Shown here one piece after another: positions 48,170-64,000 of a stretch of DNA of 64,000 nt. The stretch is from the human T2T-CHM13v2.0 reference genome, Homo sapiens. Within the stretch, counting starts at the first letter, position 1. The number at the start of each line of letters is the position of its first letter. The position numbers and the translations under genes were made by a program. The notes beneath the pieces are model-generated. The model ran no database searches and was not told the DNA's origin. It saw only the letters and a program-made list of their open reading frames with translations. Where the stretch lies: the NCBI RefSeq assembly GCF_009914755.1, contig NC_060940.1. The stretch is one strand, 5' to 3'.

Positions 48170-49950
48170 ACTGCCCAAGAATTTTCCAATGTGAATGCAC
48201 CAATTAGTACTCCCTCCAGCAGTGTGTGATATTTCTAGTTGCTCTACATCCTTGCCAACATTTTAGGAATGTCAGTATTTTTCTTTTAGCCATCGCAGTC
48301 TCTGTACAGTGGTATATCATTGTGGTTTTAATTTTTATTTGCATGTCCTTGATGACTGATGAGGTTTAATATATATTAATTTATTTATTTGCCTCTTGAA
48401 TATTTTTGCTTTGATAAAATGCATCTCTACTTTTCTCTTGTGTTGTCTATGTTTTTGTGTTGGCTGAATATACACTCACATGGAAGTGTTCTAGGTGAGT
48501 CATTGGTGAGATTTGCTTTGAAAATATCTTCTCCTGTTCTCTGTTTTCCCAAGATCAATAATATTTTCTCCCCTATTTTATTGTAAAAGTTTCATTACTC
48601 TGCATTTACTATTAAGATCTTCAAAATCTCTTAATTCTTTTTGTGTATTGTGTGAGGAAGGCTCAAGAATCATTTTCTCCACATTGAAATCCAAGTGATA
48701 CAGTACCTTTTATTGAAAGGACAATTCTTTTCTTGCACTTCACTGAAGTCTCAACTTTGTTAAAATCCATGAGACCATATTTGTGTAGCTTTGCTTTTGA
48801 ACTCTCTTTTCATTTTGATTGGAATATTTTTTCTGTCCTTGTGTTATGCCATGTTGTCTTATTTACTGTAGTTTTATGATACATCTTAATATCTAGTAAT
48901 GTGAATGCCTCCACTTTCTAGCTACAAAATTGTCTTGGGTATTCGTGGGCTTTTACATTTACATATACATTTTAATATCAGCTTTTCACTTTCTACAATA
49001 TAAAAATCCAGCTGGGATTTTCATTTGGATTGCTCTGAATGCATACATCAGTTTAGAAGGAATTATTATCTCTATAATATTTTGTCTTGAAATTCATAGA
49101 CATGTGTCTTGTTTGTTTAGCTCTTTTTTATTTTGTCTTAATAATGTCTTCAATTTTCTGTGAAATATTGAACATATTCTATTTGGCTAATCCCTAAGTA
49201 TTCTTTATGCTTTTATAACTATCATTTAGGAAACTCATTTCTATTTCTTTCTGGTATATAACAATTAAACTTTTTCATACTGACTGTATCGAGTAAACTT
49301 TCCAGAGTCATTTATTAATTTTAAGAGCTTTTCAGCTTTTGAATATGTCATGTAAACAACTGTGTTGTCTGTGACTAACTAGAGATATGTTTACTTTTCC
49401 AGTCCCTATGCTTTGGTAGTTGTTTTACTTACCTCAATTCACAGCCTAGGACCTGAATTACAATGTTAAATAGAAGTGGTAATAGTGAGTACCTTGTCAC
49501 CTGATCTTAGGAGGTAAGGTTTTAATAATTCACCAAAAAGTATGATGTTTACTGTAGGTATTTTATAGATCCCCAACACCAAATTAATGTTATATTCTGT
49601 TTCTACTTTGCTGAAAAAATTTTATAATGAATTTCAAATGCTTTTCTGGCACCTATTGAGAAGAATGTTTTGTATTTTTCATTTCTTCTATTGTGGTAAA
49701 TTACATTGTTTGGTTTTTCTAATGTGGAAACAATCTTGCATTCCTGGAATAAATTCAACTTGATTGTGGTGTATTATCTTTGTATGTAGTTATACAATTA
49801 TTGCAATCAATTTTGCAACTATATTCATGATGGATATTAGTCTGTAATGTCACTATTGTTGCAATGTCCTTTTTTTTGATTCTCATACGAAAGTTAGTCT
49901 GGCCTCATTAAACAAGTTGGGGCATGTTCCTTCTTTATTCTGGATATTAA
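48170..49950 (-). mobile_element. Old L1M (ME-like) ORF2 remnant
   Basis: cagtggtatatcattgtggttttaattt; aatgttaaatagaagtggtaatagtgag; cttgcattcctggaataaa. Confidence 0.75.
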
Positions 49951-51069
49951 AAAAATCTATTTGCTCTGTGCATCTTATAAATCATCAAATGTCTGAGGAG
50001 AAAATGGCCCAGAATATTGAATTCACTTTTCTGGGCCTCATGTCTCTCCAACAAATTGGCTCCTTGAGTCCTGGCTGCCTTGGTAGGTCTCTGGTATCAT
50101 GAACATGATATTTTCTATATTTTATTCATCTTTTAAAAATTTTCTTGGAGAAGGGTCCATTTTGCTGCAGAGTGGCCTATCATCGCTGGAAGTGGAAGCC
50201 TCTCCCTCATTTTTAAACCCATTTCTCCAGCTTTTGTTATTTTTCACAAAGGGCAGGTAGATCAAGAATTTTTCAGCTTGTGTGTTACAAATATTCATTA
50301 GAGACTTTTAGATTGCTGTCTGTGTTCACCTTCTTATGCTTGAATGGTTTAGGAATGAAGAAGAATATTTACTGAGACAAATGCTCTGTCAGTTTGACAA
50401 TGCTCTTTTCAAACTGGGTGCCTCTCAAAGCAAGTTCTGTATGGTTCATTACTCGTTTGCTGCACTATCCTCATCTTTTAAGGTTTGCTTTAGGTGATGC
50501 TAGTCTGCAGAGGTTTCTGCTTTCTGTTACATGCAAAGTTTAGGTTTTTTTTTTTTTTTAAGAAGTTTTAGGATAGTCAGGAAACATATTCTTCTTGGTT
50601 TCACTAATAAAGAATGCTTATTTTAATTTTGGTAAAATCTCATACAAACACACCCTGGAGGGATATTTTTGGGTGAAATCTGAATTAGTGTTACGTTATG
50701 CATGCGTGCACACACAATACTTCTGAAAGGTTAACTGAAAATTTTAATAAAATAATATTTTCACAGGTAAAAATATATTTTAGTAGCTTTTAGTGATAAA
50801 ATTGCCTGGGAAAATAAAGTAACTCTTTAGAAATTATACTATTCAAGTTTTGAATAATAAATAAAAATGACTCAATTCTACTATCATGTTTAACGTAACT
50901 TCTAATATTTTATCAAAATAATTCCTAAGATTTAGTGGTGGTAATGATAATGGTAAACTGAATTCATAGACATGGAGTCATTTTCATCTAAAACAAAAGC
51001 AAATTATAACTTATGAATGAACACATTATCAGAATATATTTTTCATGAGCAAAACATATGGTCTGTTCA

Positions 51070-51373
<304 letters not shown>

Positions 51374-52259
51374 ATAAAAGTTTATTGGGACAGGAAGAAA
51401 CCCTAATTCTTGTTTACTTCTTTTGCAGATGAGAAATTGGGGTTTTTCAGATGTGATTCCGTTGTCCAAGGTAAGAGTGAATGTGAGTTTTGGAGCTTGA
51501 ACTCAGGTGTCTCCCTGTGTCATGATTCCTTCCCAAAAACTAACACTAGAAATAATCAGAACAGAGTGAGTTTGAAGCCTGACTCTGGTAATTACTAGGC
51601 ACGCTGATTCATAAAATGTGGAGAATAACATCAGCAGAGACATTGTGTCGTAAGGATTAATGGAGTAGTGTGTGTGTGCTTTTAAGAGCTTACTAGGATG
51701 TCTGGTGCTTTTTAGGAGATCAACATATTTTCTTATACTCTCTGTAGAAGAGAATATTGTTTTCTGCTTGTGTGTGATACTAATTGCTTTGCTTGTGTTC
51801 TAGATCCTCTTTTCTTCTTCTCCACCATCTGCTATCAGCTCCCCCACAGCCTTACCCCCTTCTCCACCTTTGTGATTTCCCAATTCCAACCTCTCTACAA
51901 GCACTTAGTGGACAACTCAGGTTGTCTCTCTTATTTAGAACAAAACATCTTCCATCCAATATATACTTACCCACCATCTTTGCCCTCTTTTTCCCCTGTC
52001 AAGTTTCTTTGCAAAACGGTCTATATTTGTTGTCTTCATTTTCACCTCCTATTTTCTTGACAACCTATTACAAGACAATTTTGCCCTGGGCTATTCACCT
52101 GAAACCTTGGAATCATTGTGCATGCCTTTCTCTCCCTCTCCCTCAATCTTATACAGTCCAGTTCATTCCATATCCACATTCTTTCTAGATATCAATTTAC
52201 TTCGTCCACAAATCTTTGTATTATTTTCATTTTTTGTATGGCTGATTCCAGTGTTAACC

Positions 52260-52480
52260 ATAGTTCATGAAACAAATGTGGGACTTAGTGTTAGTTGCTA
52301 TTGGCTTCTGAGCCCAGGCAACCACTTTTTTGATGTTTCATGAATAATTTGCTTTAATGTGCTATGACTCAGTGTGTGTGCTTAATCTGGAAGATGGGAA
52401 CAATAAAAACTGTTAAACATGTGTTGTGAGGGATAAATGATAAAACTCATACAAATTGCTTATAATTTCCAGTCACAAAA
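52260..52480 (+). mobile_element. MIR
   Basis: ctcagtgtgtgtgcttaatctggaagatgggaacaataa...ttgtgagggataaatga. Confidence 0.55.
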
Positions 52481-53001
52481 CAGGTATTTATATTTTTTGT
52501 TGCCTATTTTAAAATTCATGTACTTGTTTCTGAGACATTCTCTTCACTGACACCAATGTGATGTTGCTAAAATATTTATTTACACCTTAAAATCCTTATT
52601 AGTTTTCTGAGAAAACTCAAAACCTACTTATCTGACATCAAAGTGTAATCTGACAGCAAACAGGATCCTGTCACTCGCCAGTTTGATTTCTCTTCCACAT
52701 CTTTTAGCCTTGCCATAGATCAAACTTCATTCAATAGCTATTGTTACTCATATTAAGCTCTTCTGTTTTGTACATGTAGTTGGATCTCCCTAGAAGGCTC
52801 TCACTTTTCTTACTTTTATCCTGCTTCCTTGCCATGTTCCAAGAACCAGTTTAAGCATCATCTCAAGAAGTGCTTGGATATAAAATAGGCAGAGAAGTTT
52901 CAATATTCCTGAAGTTTGAGAGAAAATAGACACAATACAACGGAACAAATAATGAAAAAATAATTGGAGGAAAGTTTTTTGAAATAAAAGTATATGTGGA
53001 C

Positions 53002-53380
<379 letters not shown>

Positions 53381-54037
53381 TTATAGTAAAACCATTAGCC
53401 TTTATTGATAAAGAAAAACCTTTGAGCATCCAGGCAACAACACCAAGTCACATATTAAGGAACCATAATAAGTTTGACATTAGACTTTTTAATAGCAAAA
53501 TTTTGTGACAGAAGACAATGGAGTAACATAATTAAGATGCTTAAAGAAAAAAAACAGAGAAAAGTGCATTATACTTGGCCAAACTGTCATTCAAGTATAA
53601 AACCTATTGTCAAACTTAGGAACTTTTGAAATTTTTGGGAACTTTTTTTAATGAACCAATCCTGAAGAATCTACTAGAGAATTTGTTCAAAGATGAAGAT
53701 CTAACAACCATTTTATAAGAAATAAAGAATAATGAATAGCATATTAAAATGAATTCACAGAGTAAAATCAGCAAAATCCATGAGATGGAAACCCTGTAGG
53801 ACAAATGATCAGAAATATTCAACAAATAAATTACCAACAAAACAAGACAGAAAGGGGTTGAAGAGAAACATGGATTAAAAGAGACCTAAGAGACATGTCA
53901 ATTAACTGCAATATATGAATCTGATCCAGCTTTTTGTTGAAAAGGCAAATGTAAAATTTAAGAACCAATTGGAGAAATATCAATATTGCTTGGATATTTG
54001 GTGATAAATAATTTTGTAGAGATGTTTTGATAGTGAT

Positions 54038-54486
54038 TCCTATGGTTTGAATGTGTTCCCCAAAGTTCGCGTGTTGGAGACTTAATCCCCAATGCAACAG
54101 TGTTGAGAGGTGGGACCTCTGAGTGGTGATTAGGTTTTGAGGGCTCTGCCCTTGTGAATGGATTAATGTTGTTATTGTCTCTCTCATGACTGTGAGAATG
54201 GGTTTGTTATAAAAGTGAGTTTGGCCCTCTCTCACCCTCTCTTGACTGTGACAATGGGTTTGTTATAAAAGTGAATTTGGCCCTCTCTCGCCCTCTCTTT
54301 TGTGCATGCCCTCTTGCTCTTCCACCTTCCACCATGGGATGACACAGCAAGAAGGCCTTTGCCAGATGCTGGCCCCTCAATCTTGAACTTCCCAGCCTCC
54401 AGAACCATGAGCCAATACATTTCTGTTCATTATAAATTACCCAGTCTCAGATATTCTGTTATAGCAGCATAAAACAGACTAAAACA
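54038..54486 (+). mobile_element. MST (C/D-like) MaLR solo LTR inside an old L1ME 3' end
   Basis: tatggtttgaatgtgttccccaaag...aattacccagtctcag...aacagactaaaaca; 5-bp TSD (g/a)tgat. Confidence 0.9.
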
Positions 54487-55142
54487 ATGATACTGTGGTT
54501 TTATTTTAAAAAATGATGTAATATTGAAAAAATACATACTGAAATATTTAAGATCATTAATATGATGTCTGGGTATTTTCTTCTAAATATTTTAGTGGAG
54601 GGGTATGTGGGTGGAGTACAAATGAAAGAAGATCGCAAAAGCTGTTTCATGGTTATGTGGGAATCCATTCATTTGTATTGTTTTTTTTCTGCTTTTTGGT
54701 GCAATTATATTTTCCATAAGAAAAAAAATTAACCCTAAACAGATGGGAGTTGTAGAGGTAGGAACACTTAATAGTGGAAAGCAGTAACAGATGGTCATCT
54801 GGTAGTTGGGGAGGGGTGGATTATGAAACTACAAAATGACAAAAATGCGACGAGCAGAGTTATTAGACTTACACCATTTAGCAGAAGGTCTGATACGCGT
54901 CAGTAGTCCCTGAGGACATTACTGTGTTACCTACGGGTCTAATAATTCATCTCACAAACAAAGACAATGAATAATCTAGCGAATGCTAAATTATGTTTTG
55001 CATAGACTGTTTCAGAAAGCAGAGGTTCAGTTAACATATTTTACAAAATTTTCATTAACATCTTGTCATGTTTGAGATTTCTCAGCATACAACACGATTT
55101 GATCCAGAATCCCCACGACACTGTGGCATATGTCTGAGATGA

Positions 55143-55607
55143 TGTAGGAGCAATGGAAATGCACTGCTAAGATCTCCATCAAGAGAACCCGCTGCTGATA
55201 GCACCGTTGACTGACAGCACCAGCTGCCACCACTTGGGTTCCTCCCTTGCATTCATGCTGAGACCATGCTTCTCCTGGGCTGCTTTCAGTCAATGACTGA
55301 GCATGGTGGGGGCTATTACTATAGGTCCATTTTTGCCTAACTCAGAAGTCCTTTAACAAGCAGCTTTTGATCAGGGACACTTCATTGGCCTGGTTGAAGT
55401 TTTTGCAAAAGTGGGCTGTGGAATGTGGAATGTGGAATTCTTCCTTCCCTCTTTTCTTCCACAGCTATCATCCTGCCTCACTGTCTGAGGCTCTCTCAAC
55501 TTTCTTCTACTCCATTCCTTTTTATCTGTCACAGGCATTTCCCCCAGTAAACAGCCTGTGTATCTAACCTTGAATTGGCTCTGTGTCTAGGAAGAATCAA
55601 ACTGTCA
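55143..55607 (+). mobile_element. LTR16-like ERVL solo LTR
   Basis: gttgactgacagcaccagctgc, gtcaatgactgagcatggtggg, cacaggcatttcccccagtaaa. Confidence 0.75.
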
Positions 55608-57145
55608 GAGACAGGCACTGAGAAGATCAGTTGAGAACACTCCTTGAGAACTCAATTGGGTCTTCTCGTTTTCCATTTCAAAAAGGCGGTAAGAGAATTA
55701 AATCAGCAAAGAGTGAATTATCATGCTAAGTTCTCAAAAAAGGCTTGATTCTTGGTGAAGACAGCCAGGGGACTCTGAAACTTCGCTTTGGATTTATGCA
55801 TACGGTTAACTCTCATTGCAGGGCCGGTGGTATTTTGAATTTATTACTTTCTGATTGGGCATTACTTTTTTTTTTTCTTAGGGCACAAAGGACTATCTTG
55901 AGTGACATGGTTTTCTAATACCTACAAGCTTTATATCTTTAATTACTCATCAGAGAAGGCAGGAAATAAAGTAGTTCCTAAGCATATACATATTTCAGGT
56001 ATCTATTTCTGGAAAGAAGATTTTTACTTGTTTTTAATTTGTTTTTTCTTTTTGCTGATATCCTTTTGATTATTCACCCCCTTACAATTATCTCACCCTT
56101 TTGAGGTGGGCCTAGCTCTTGATGGTGGTGGGTAAGGCGCAAACAGAGTAGTCTGTGCAGCCACCTGCCACAACATGTAGCAACCCAAGCTGATGCAGAA
56201 AAGCTTCCTGGAGAGTGATCTCCATCCTGCTCAGGGTTCATCTTTAGCCCTCATGTGACAGTCCTGGCCGAAAGGAACTGGGTGAGTCAATGTACTTTAG
56301 GATATCCTGTCTTAGTTGTTGTGGTTAAAAACCTCACCTGCAAAAGAAACAGCAGGCTGGCACCATGTCTGAGACATATATAAGTTCTCTGGCTGAACAC
56401 ATTTTCTGATAACTGGATAACAGAGTCATGGCTTGTCAATATGACTCCAGCCATTATCATTGACACAAAATCCTTTCTAAACTTCACCCTATCTCCTCCC
56501 TCCTTTTGGGGTCTTAAGACTTCCAGGGCCACACATTCCCGACCTATTTTTCATGTCTGCATCTTCAAGATGTAGATTGAGTCATGTCTAATTCTATTTG
56601 AATAAGTTTTATTTCTTCAAAGCAAATCCATCAAACCAGATATGTCTCATTGTGTAACAGTACAGAGATTTTGGTAATGTGTATTTTCTATGTATACATT
56701 TCTTAATATAACTTTGTATTTTAATAAAATAAATGTCCTTACTGATCTTGTCAGGATATTCAAATTTAGCTTTATTTTTTCTTTTATCATGAGCAGTAAG
56801 TATATGCAGACTCTATTTGCAATACTGTAATAGTGATGTATACCCTTAAATTCTCAATGTTTCCTTTGGGGCAAGAATAAAATGTATTTTCTTTTTAGCA
56901 TTTTGGTGCTATACTCATGCAGACAAGGACAAGCATTCAAAACCTGGTGCAAAAGTCATCCATCTTGAGTTGAAGGACAAAAAAGAAAGCATATAGCAGT
57001 TACATATTAAAAAATCAGAAATTATACTTCCTAACACTTTGGCCAACATGTTTTAAATACATATTTGGTATGATAACATATGGCCCAGAACATCATTGTT
57101 TCTAGGATGGGATTAGAAAAGGAAAGGTTGCTCAAACTGGGAAAG

Positions 57146-57196
57146 ATATATATATGTGTGTGTGTGTGTGTATGTGTGTGTGTGTGAGTATATCTA

Positions 57197-57255
<59 letters not shown>

Positions 57256-57256
57256 A
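57146..57256. repeat. Compound STR (TA)n(TG)n(TATC)14
   Basis: 14 perfect TATC units at 57197-57252. Confidence 0.95.
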
Positions 57257-57711
<455 letters not shown>

Positions 57712-57768
57712 TAGCTGGCACCAATGACCTTTTTGTTCTCCTTTAGTGAAAGAAATCTAGGCACCTTC

Positions 57769-58113
<345 letters not shown>

Positions 58114-58273
58114 CTAGGCACCTTCAAAAGTAGCTGGCTCTAAATCTTGGAGTAGAAAGAAACAGGAAAAGCCTCCATTTATTTTGTTTTTTTTTTTTTC
58201 ATAATGTAATTAGAATTTTAAGGATCTGCTGAGATGTAGAAAACAGAAAAAAAAGGATCAGACTTAGGTGTTA

Positions 58274-58795
58274 CAGGGATCTTCCCCTTATCCACAGTTT
58301 GCTTTCTGTAATAGTTTGTTATCTGCCATCAACTGTGGTCTGAAAATACTAAATGGAAAATTTCCGAAATAAACAATTCCTAAGTTTCTGATTGCACATC
58401 CTTCTGAGTAGTGTGATGAAATCTTGCACTGTCCCGTTCTGTTTCCAGCGTATCTGTGCTGCATACACCATTTGCCTGTTAGTCACTTAGTGGCCATCTC
58501 TGTTATTAGGTTATCAGATTTACAGATCACAAGAAGGGTGAGTACAGTACAATTAGTTATTTTGAGAGAGACAGACCACATTCCATAACTTTTAGCATGG
58601 TATATTGTATAATTGTTCTATTTTATTTTTAGTCATTGTTAGTCTGTTACTGTGCCTAATTTATAAATTAAACTTTATCATAGGTATGTATGTATAGGAA
58701 AAAAAGAAATATATTTAGAGTTCAGTACTATCCAGGGTTTCAGGCATCTACTGGGGGTTTTGGAATGTATTCCCTGAGGGTAAGGGGGACTACTG
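58274..58795. mobile_element. MER44 (B-like) Tigger derivative
   Basis: ccccttatccacag / taagggggactactg termini; TA duplications. Confidence 0.85.
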
Positions 58796-58885
58796 TAGTG
58801 AGAGATGTAAAGAGAATTCTCAAAGGATCTTCTTAAAAATCTCTGCTTAATTTCAGAATTGCTTGGTTTTAAAACAACATTTATT

Positions 58886-59559
<674 letters not shown>

Positions 59560-61892
59560 TTAAAGTTTTAAAATTTGAATGTATATTCTATGAAGGTGCT
59601 CTGGATTATGCTTTGTTTTGCTTTGCCTCTCCAGAAAACAATACATGCAAGTTGTTTTAGAAAATGTTCTACTATCATTTATTTTATTGTTTGCTTATTT
59701 TGATTTTATCGTCTTTCTCCCATACCTTCAAGTCTAATTGCTAATTATCCTTTCCTCAGATTCTTAAGATGAAAACAAAGTTGATATCTCACTCACTTCG
59801 ATTTGATGCACTTTACCTTCCATAGCAAATATTTATTACATCCGTAAGTATCATATACACTATAAACCTAATTGTCATTACAAACTGGAAGTGTGCATTA
59901 TCTATTGTCTTAACAAGATTACTTTGAATTATTGTTTTCTTCTATCTTTTGTGAAAGCATGTTATTTGTCTCTCTAAAACTTGTCAGATAGTGTTGTTTT
60001 AACTTAAACACCTTGGAATTTTTTGGTAGACATGAACACTTTTCACTTTAGCATGAAAAAAATCTCACTCCCGATCTGGGAATATTCTTAAGCAATTACT
60101 CTGATTAAAAGACAATTTAGTTAAATTATCTTGCTTTTTGCCCTCTGTGTTGGCTGATGATTTTTCACGACTGAACATATCCCCCTGTCACCCCAACTCA
60201 GATCAAGATCGAGACTTTACCAGCCACCCCTTCTCCTGTTCACTAGTTGCCTTCTCCTAGTTACCATCACCTCAAGTTAAGCACTTCCCTGACTTCTACA
60301 ATTATAAATTAGTTTACCTGGCTTAAAAAAATTTATTTAATGTATATTTTTACCTGGCTTTTATTTACTCAGTGCTATGTTTGGTAGATTTATTTTTGCT
60401 GTTCTACAACAAAATATCCTCCCTATCTGAGAATATTCCACTGCATGAATATTTACTTATGCAGCTATTGATAGACATCTGGGTGGTTTCTTGTTTCTAC
60501 TAAGCTAAACATATGCACCCCCTTTAGCCCAGCAATTTTATTGCAGGTATATAACCAACTGAAACGTTTATGCATATTCACTAAAAGACAGCTATTAGAA
60601 TGCTTATAGTAGCAATATTTGTACTATCCTTAATGTACATTACTACCTGCATTATATGGATATTTGTATTTTGCAGAACCATTTTGCATGTGTGATTCTG
60701 TGAGACATATAAATAAAACCTGTTTATCTTTTAAAAGGCAAACAGACGCTTTACACCAATGGTCTTTTAATTCTCATTCCAGGACAAGACAAAGGCAACG
60801 GGCAGAAAAGTGTACAGCCATTTCTGTCACACTGAGAATCAAGCCTGGATTGCCTCCAGTGAGAAGATGATACAGGACTATTATAAGGACAAGATTTTTC
60901 AGGATAAGACACAGTTCTCATGTGTTCAGACAGATTGCTTTTCAAATCACTCTGTATAGGGATGGGTTAAACCCAGCTCTAAAATAAATATTTATATGCC
61001 CTAAAGTTTCCAACTAGGAAGGCAGAAAGGCTCAGATATCAATGACCAGCATGGGCAGTGACATGGGTGAAATGTGGTGTTGCTGGCATCAAATTTTCTC
61101 AGCTTTCAACTATTCTCTGTTTTTCTAGAGGATTGAATACATCCTGATATTTGAGAACCAGTTGTTAGGCAATGCATTTGAATTATTAATAAGAATGAAG
61201 AGGTAACCATGGCAAGAGAGGAAAAAAATAAAACTAGCTCTCCAGGTTGCGGAGATGGTACCTGCAAACTGCTAAGATACATAAAAGCAAGGGAATACAA
61301 CTTAGAGCATAGATGCTTAAATGCACTTCCTTTCTCTCATCCACTACCTTAAAGGTAGCAATTATGCTTTATGTGTCCATGATAACAAATGTCTTCTCCA
61401 TTCATCTGTGGCTAGTAGCTTACAAGGCAAAGATTGCACACAAGGTGACAGGTTTGCTCTCCTCCCTTCCCCACCCCCACTCCCGCACATCCCCCTGTAA
61501 GAGGGACCTCTCATCCACGTCTCCCAGAGATTACTGCAATTAGCATGTTTCCTATCAACCCTTCCTGTAAATCTTTGGTTCAAGGAAGTTTCCTTCCATC
61601 CCTCACCTAGAAGAAAGTAGACAAAAACACAGGCTCAGCACTTTCCAAGTCAAAAAATATAGTCAGGTCCTCACCAAACATGGGCAATTCTCTGCTCTTT
61701 ATCTATGCATTTCCTCAACCTTACATTGACTCAAGGAAGATATGCTTCCCCTTAGGAGAGCCAAGTGAGTTAAAAACCATTGTCATAGTGTGCCCAAGTG
61801 TGAAAATTATTAAAGTACCCTTTTGTACAGCTCCTGGATGAGAGGAGACAATAGCTGGTGGGGCTGGAGTGCAGGTCTTTAATCTTCTATAG

Positions 61893-62315
<423 letters not shown>

Positions 62316-63229
62316 TGAGGGCCTTTTGGACTTAGGAGGAATCCAGATCACATAGAGAGATATTCCGTTGTAGGGTAGAGTAACACACAGGGAACACTGA
62401 GATGAGGGGTCCTCCTTCTTGCCTAAACAAGTCAGGAAACATTTGCTGAGGAGGGGGCCTTGAATGTGGCAGGGGATCTACAATGCTGTCCACCCTGCTG
62501 GTGATAACTCCTTGAAAGCTTATAGCCTTGTTACCTTGCTCACCAAACTACAATGGATCCCCAGAATAATAAATCCAAATTCTTTTGATGGCAACTGAAC
62601 ACCCTAATTACCATTCAGCATGGTTCTCTTGCTCTTCCCTTCAAGCAATACTAGTTTCTATTCCTCCTGCTTATCCTTCCTCCTGTGCTGCCATTTAAAA
62701 TGTATATTTTTCCAACTGCCGCTTATTCAAATCCTCTATTTTCTTTCGTAGTCCAGCTAAAGGCTTACTTTCTCCAAGAAACATCTGGTTTCATACACAT
62801 ATTTCTTTCACTATACCTTCCGCCTCTATTGCAATGTCATAAATTTGTTCTGATGTTATTTTGAAATAGTTTCTGTTGTGTAAGAGTACCTTGTCTCCCT
62901 ACAGGGATAAAATTCCCAAAGACAATAAATTCAGAGTTCTAGCAGATAGTTCAAAGAGCAGGAGGTTATGAGAGAGAGTACCTCCCCTCCCTGATCCTCA
63001 ACTCTCAGGCTGAGCTGTTCTCTGGATAGTGCAGCAGCTAAAGTCTTGGTTTCAATGAAGATACGTTTCCCTATCCCCAGAACCTGTGCGGAGGAGCGGT
63101 CCTCTAATGCGGTGTTGGTGAAGAAGGATTCGAGAGGGAAATACCAGGAAGCCCACAGCTCCATTTCCCCTCCCAGATTCTACAGATGCAGGGTGGGTGG
63201 TCTCTAGGGAGACTTCTCCGGAACTAAGA

Positions 63230-63689
63230 TGTATTAGTTCCGAGGACTGCCGTTACAAACACACAAACTTGGTGATTTCATAGAAGTTTGTTCTTGTATA
63301 GTCTAGAGCCCAGATGTCCAAAATCAAGGACCATGCTTCCTCCAGAAGCTCCACGGAAGAATCCGCTGCATACCTTCTCCTGGCTCCTGGTAGCTGCTGG
63401 CTGTCCTTGGTGGACTCTGGCTTATGGCTGCATTACTCCAATCTCTGTCTCCTTGATCATATTGCCTCTTTCTCTTCTCTCTGTCAAATAAATCTCCCTT
63501 ACGCATCTCTTATAAGGGAACATCATTGGATTTAGGGCCCAACCAGATAGTCCAGGATGACCTCTTCATCTAACAGTCCTTCATTTAATTACATCTGCAA
63601 AGACCCTTTTCCAAATAGAGTCACATTCAGAAGGTTCTGGGAATTTGGACACGAACCTTTTTGCAGGCCATCATTCAACACCCACTACA
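63230..63689 (-). mobile_element. MLT1C-like MaLR solo LTR
   Basis: tgtattagtt...ttggatttagggccc...taattacatctgcaaagacccttttccaaata...cccactaca. Confidence 0.88.
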
Positions 63690-64000
63690 TCAGGTTTCTG
63701 ACAGTACCATGGTAATCGAATTCTCTGAATTTTCCTCTAACCATGGTGATTTACGAAGCATACTCATCATTCAGCTTAAGTATGACAAATAATAAAGTCA
63801 CTTTCTGCTCCTGAGTTATTGGCTGAAATTTATACAGGGAGCATTTGCAAAGTGCTTTCACGAAAAAAAAAAGATAAACTAACTCTGCCCTCAAGGATAT
63901 TATAATCCAGTAGGAAAAGTAAATATGTACACAAGTTTAGGAGAGTTGAATGAAGGTGAAAAACACAATACTGTGAAGCAAGATTGGGGAGAGAATAAAA

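Noticed and set aside
62931-63164. 77-aa minus-strand ORF in a slightly CpG-rich patch
   Set aside because: No recognisable homology or splice context; the length is within chance expectation.

Overview
Human genomic DNA: a human-specific AluYb8 and an L1PA2 are present. The window is AT-rich and dominated by interspersed repeats: about 20 Alus, L1 fragments of many ages, L2/MIR, ERV1/ERVL/MaLR solo LTRs and MER/Tigger DNA transposons. It also holds a 5S rRNA pseudogene and several microsatellites. I recognise no intact host protein-coding gene. The long ORFs are a broken L1 ORF2 or Alu/L2 artefacts, and there is no CRISPR or prokaryote-type system. The most interesting structure not explained by repeats is a chain of minus-strand exon-like segments in unique DNA (15044-15228, 13413-13452, 8511-8615, 7094-7258). 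These splice in frame into a small ORF and sit among RFX X-box motifs and next to a co-oriented 5S pseudogene. This fits a lncRNA or multi-exon 5' UTR of a gene lying left of the window. That reading is inference from splice motifs alone. Repeat subfamily names are recalled from consensus sequences, and boundaries of old repeats are approximate.
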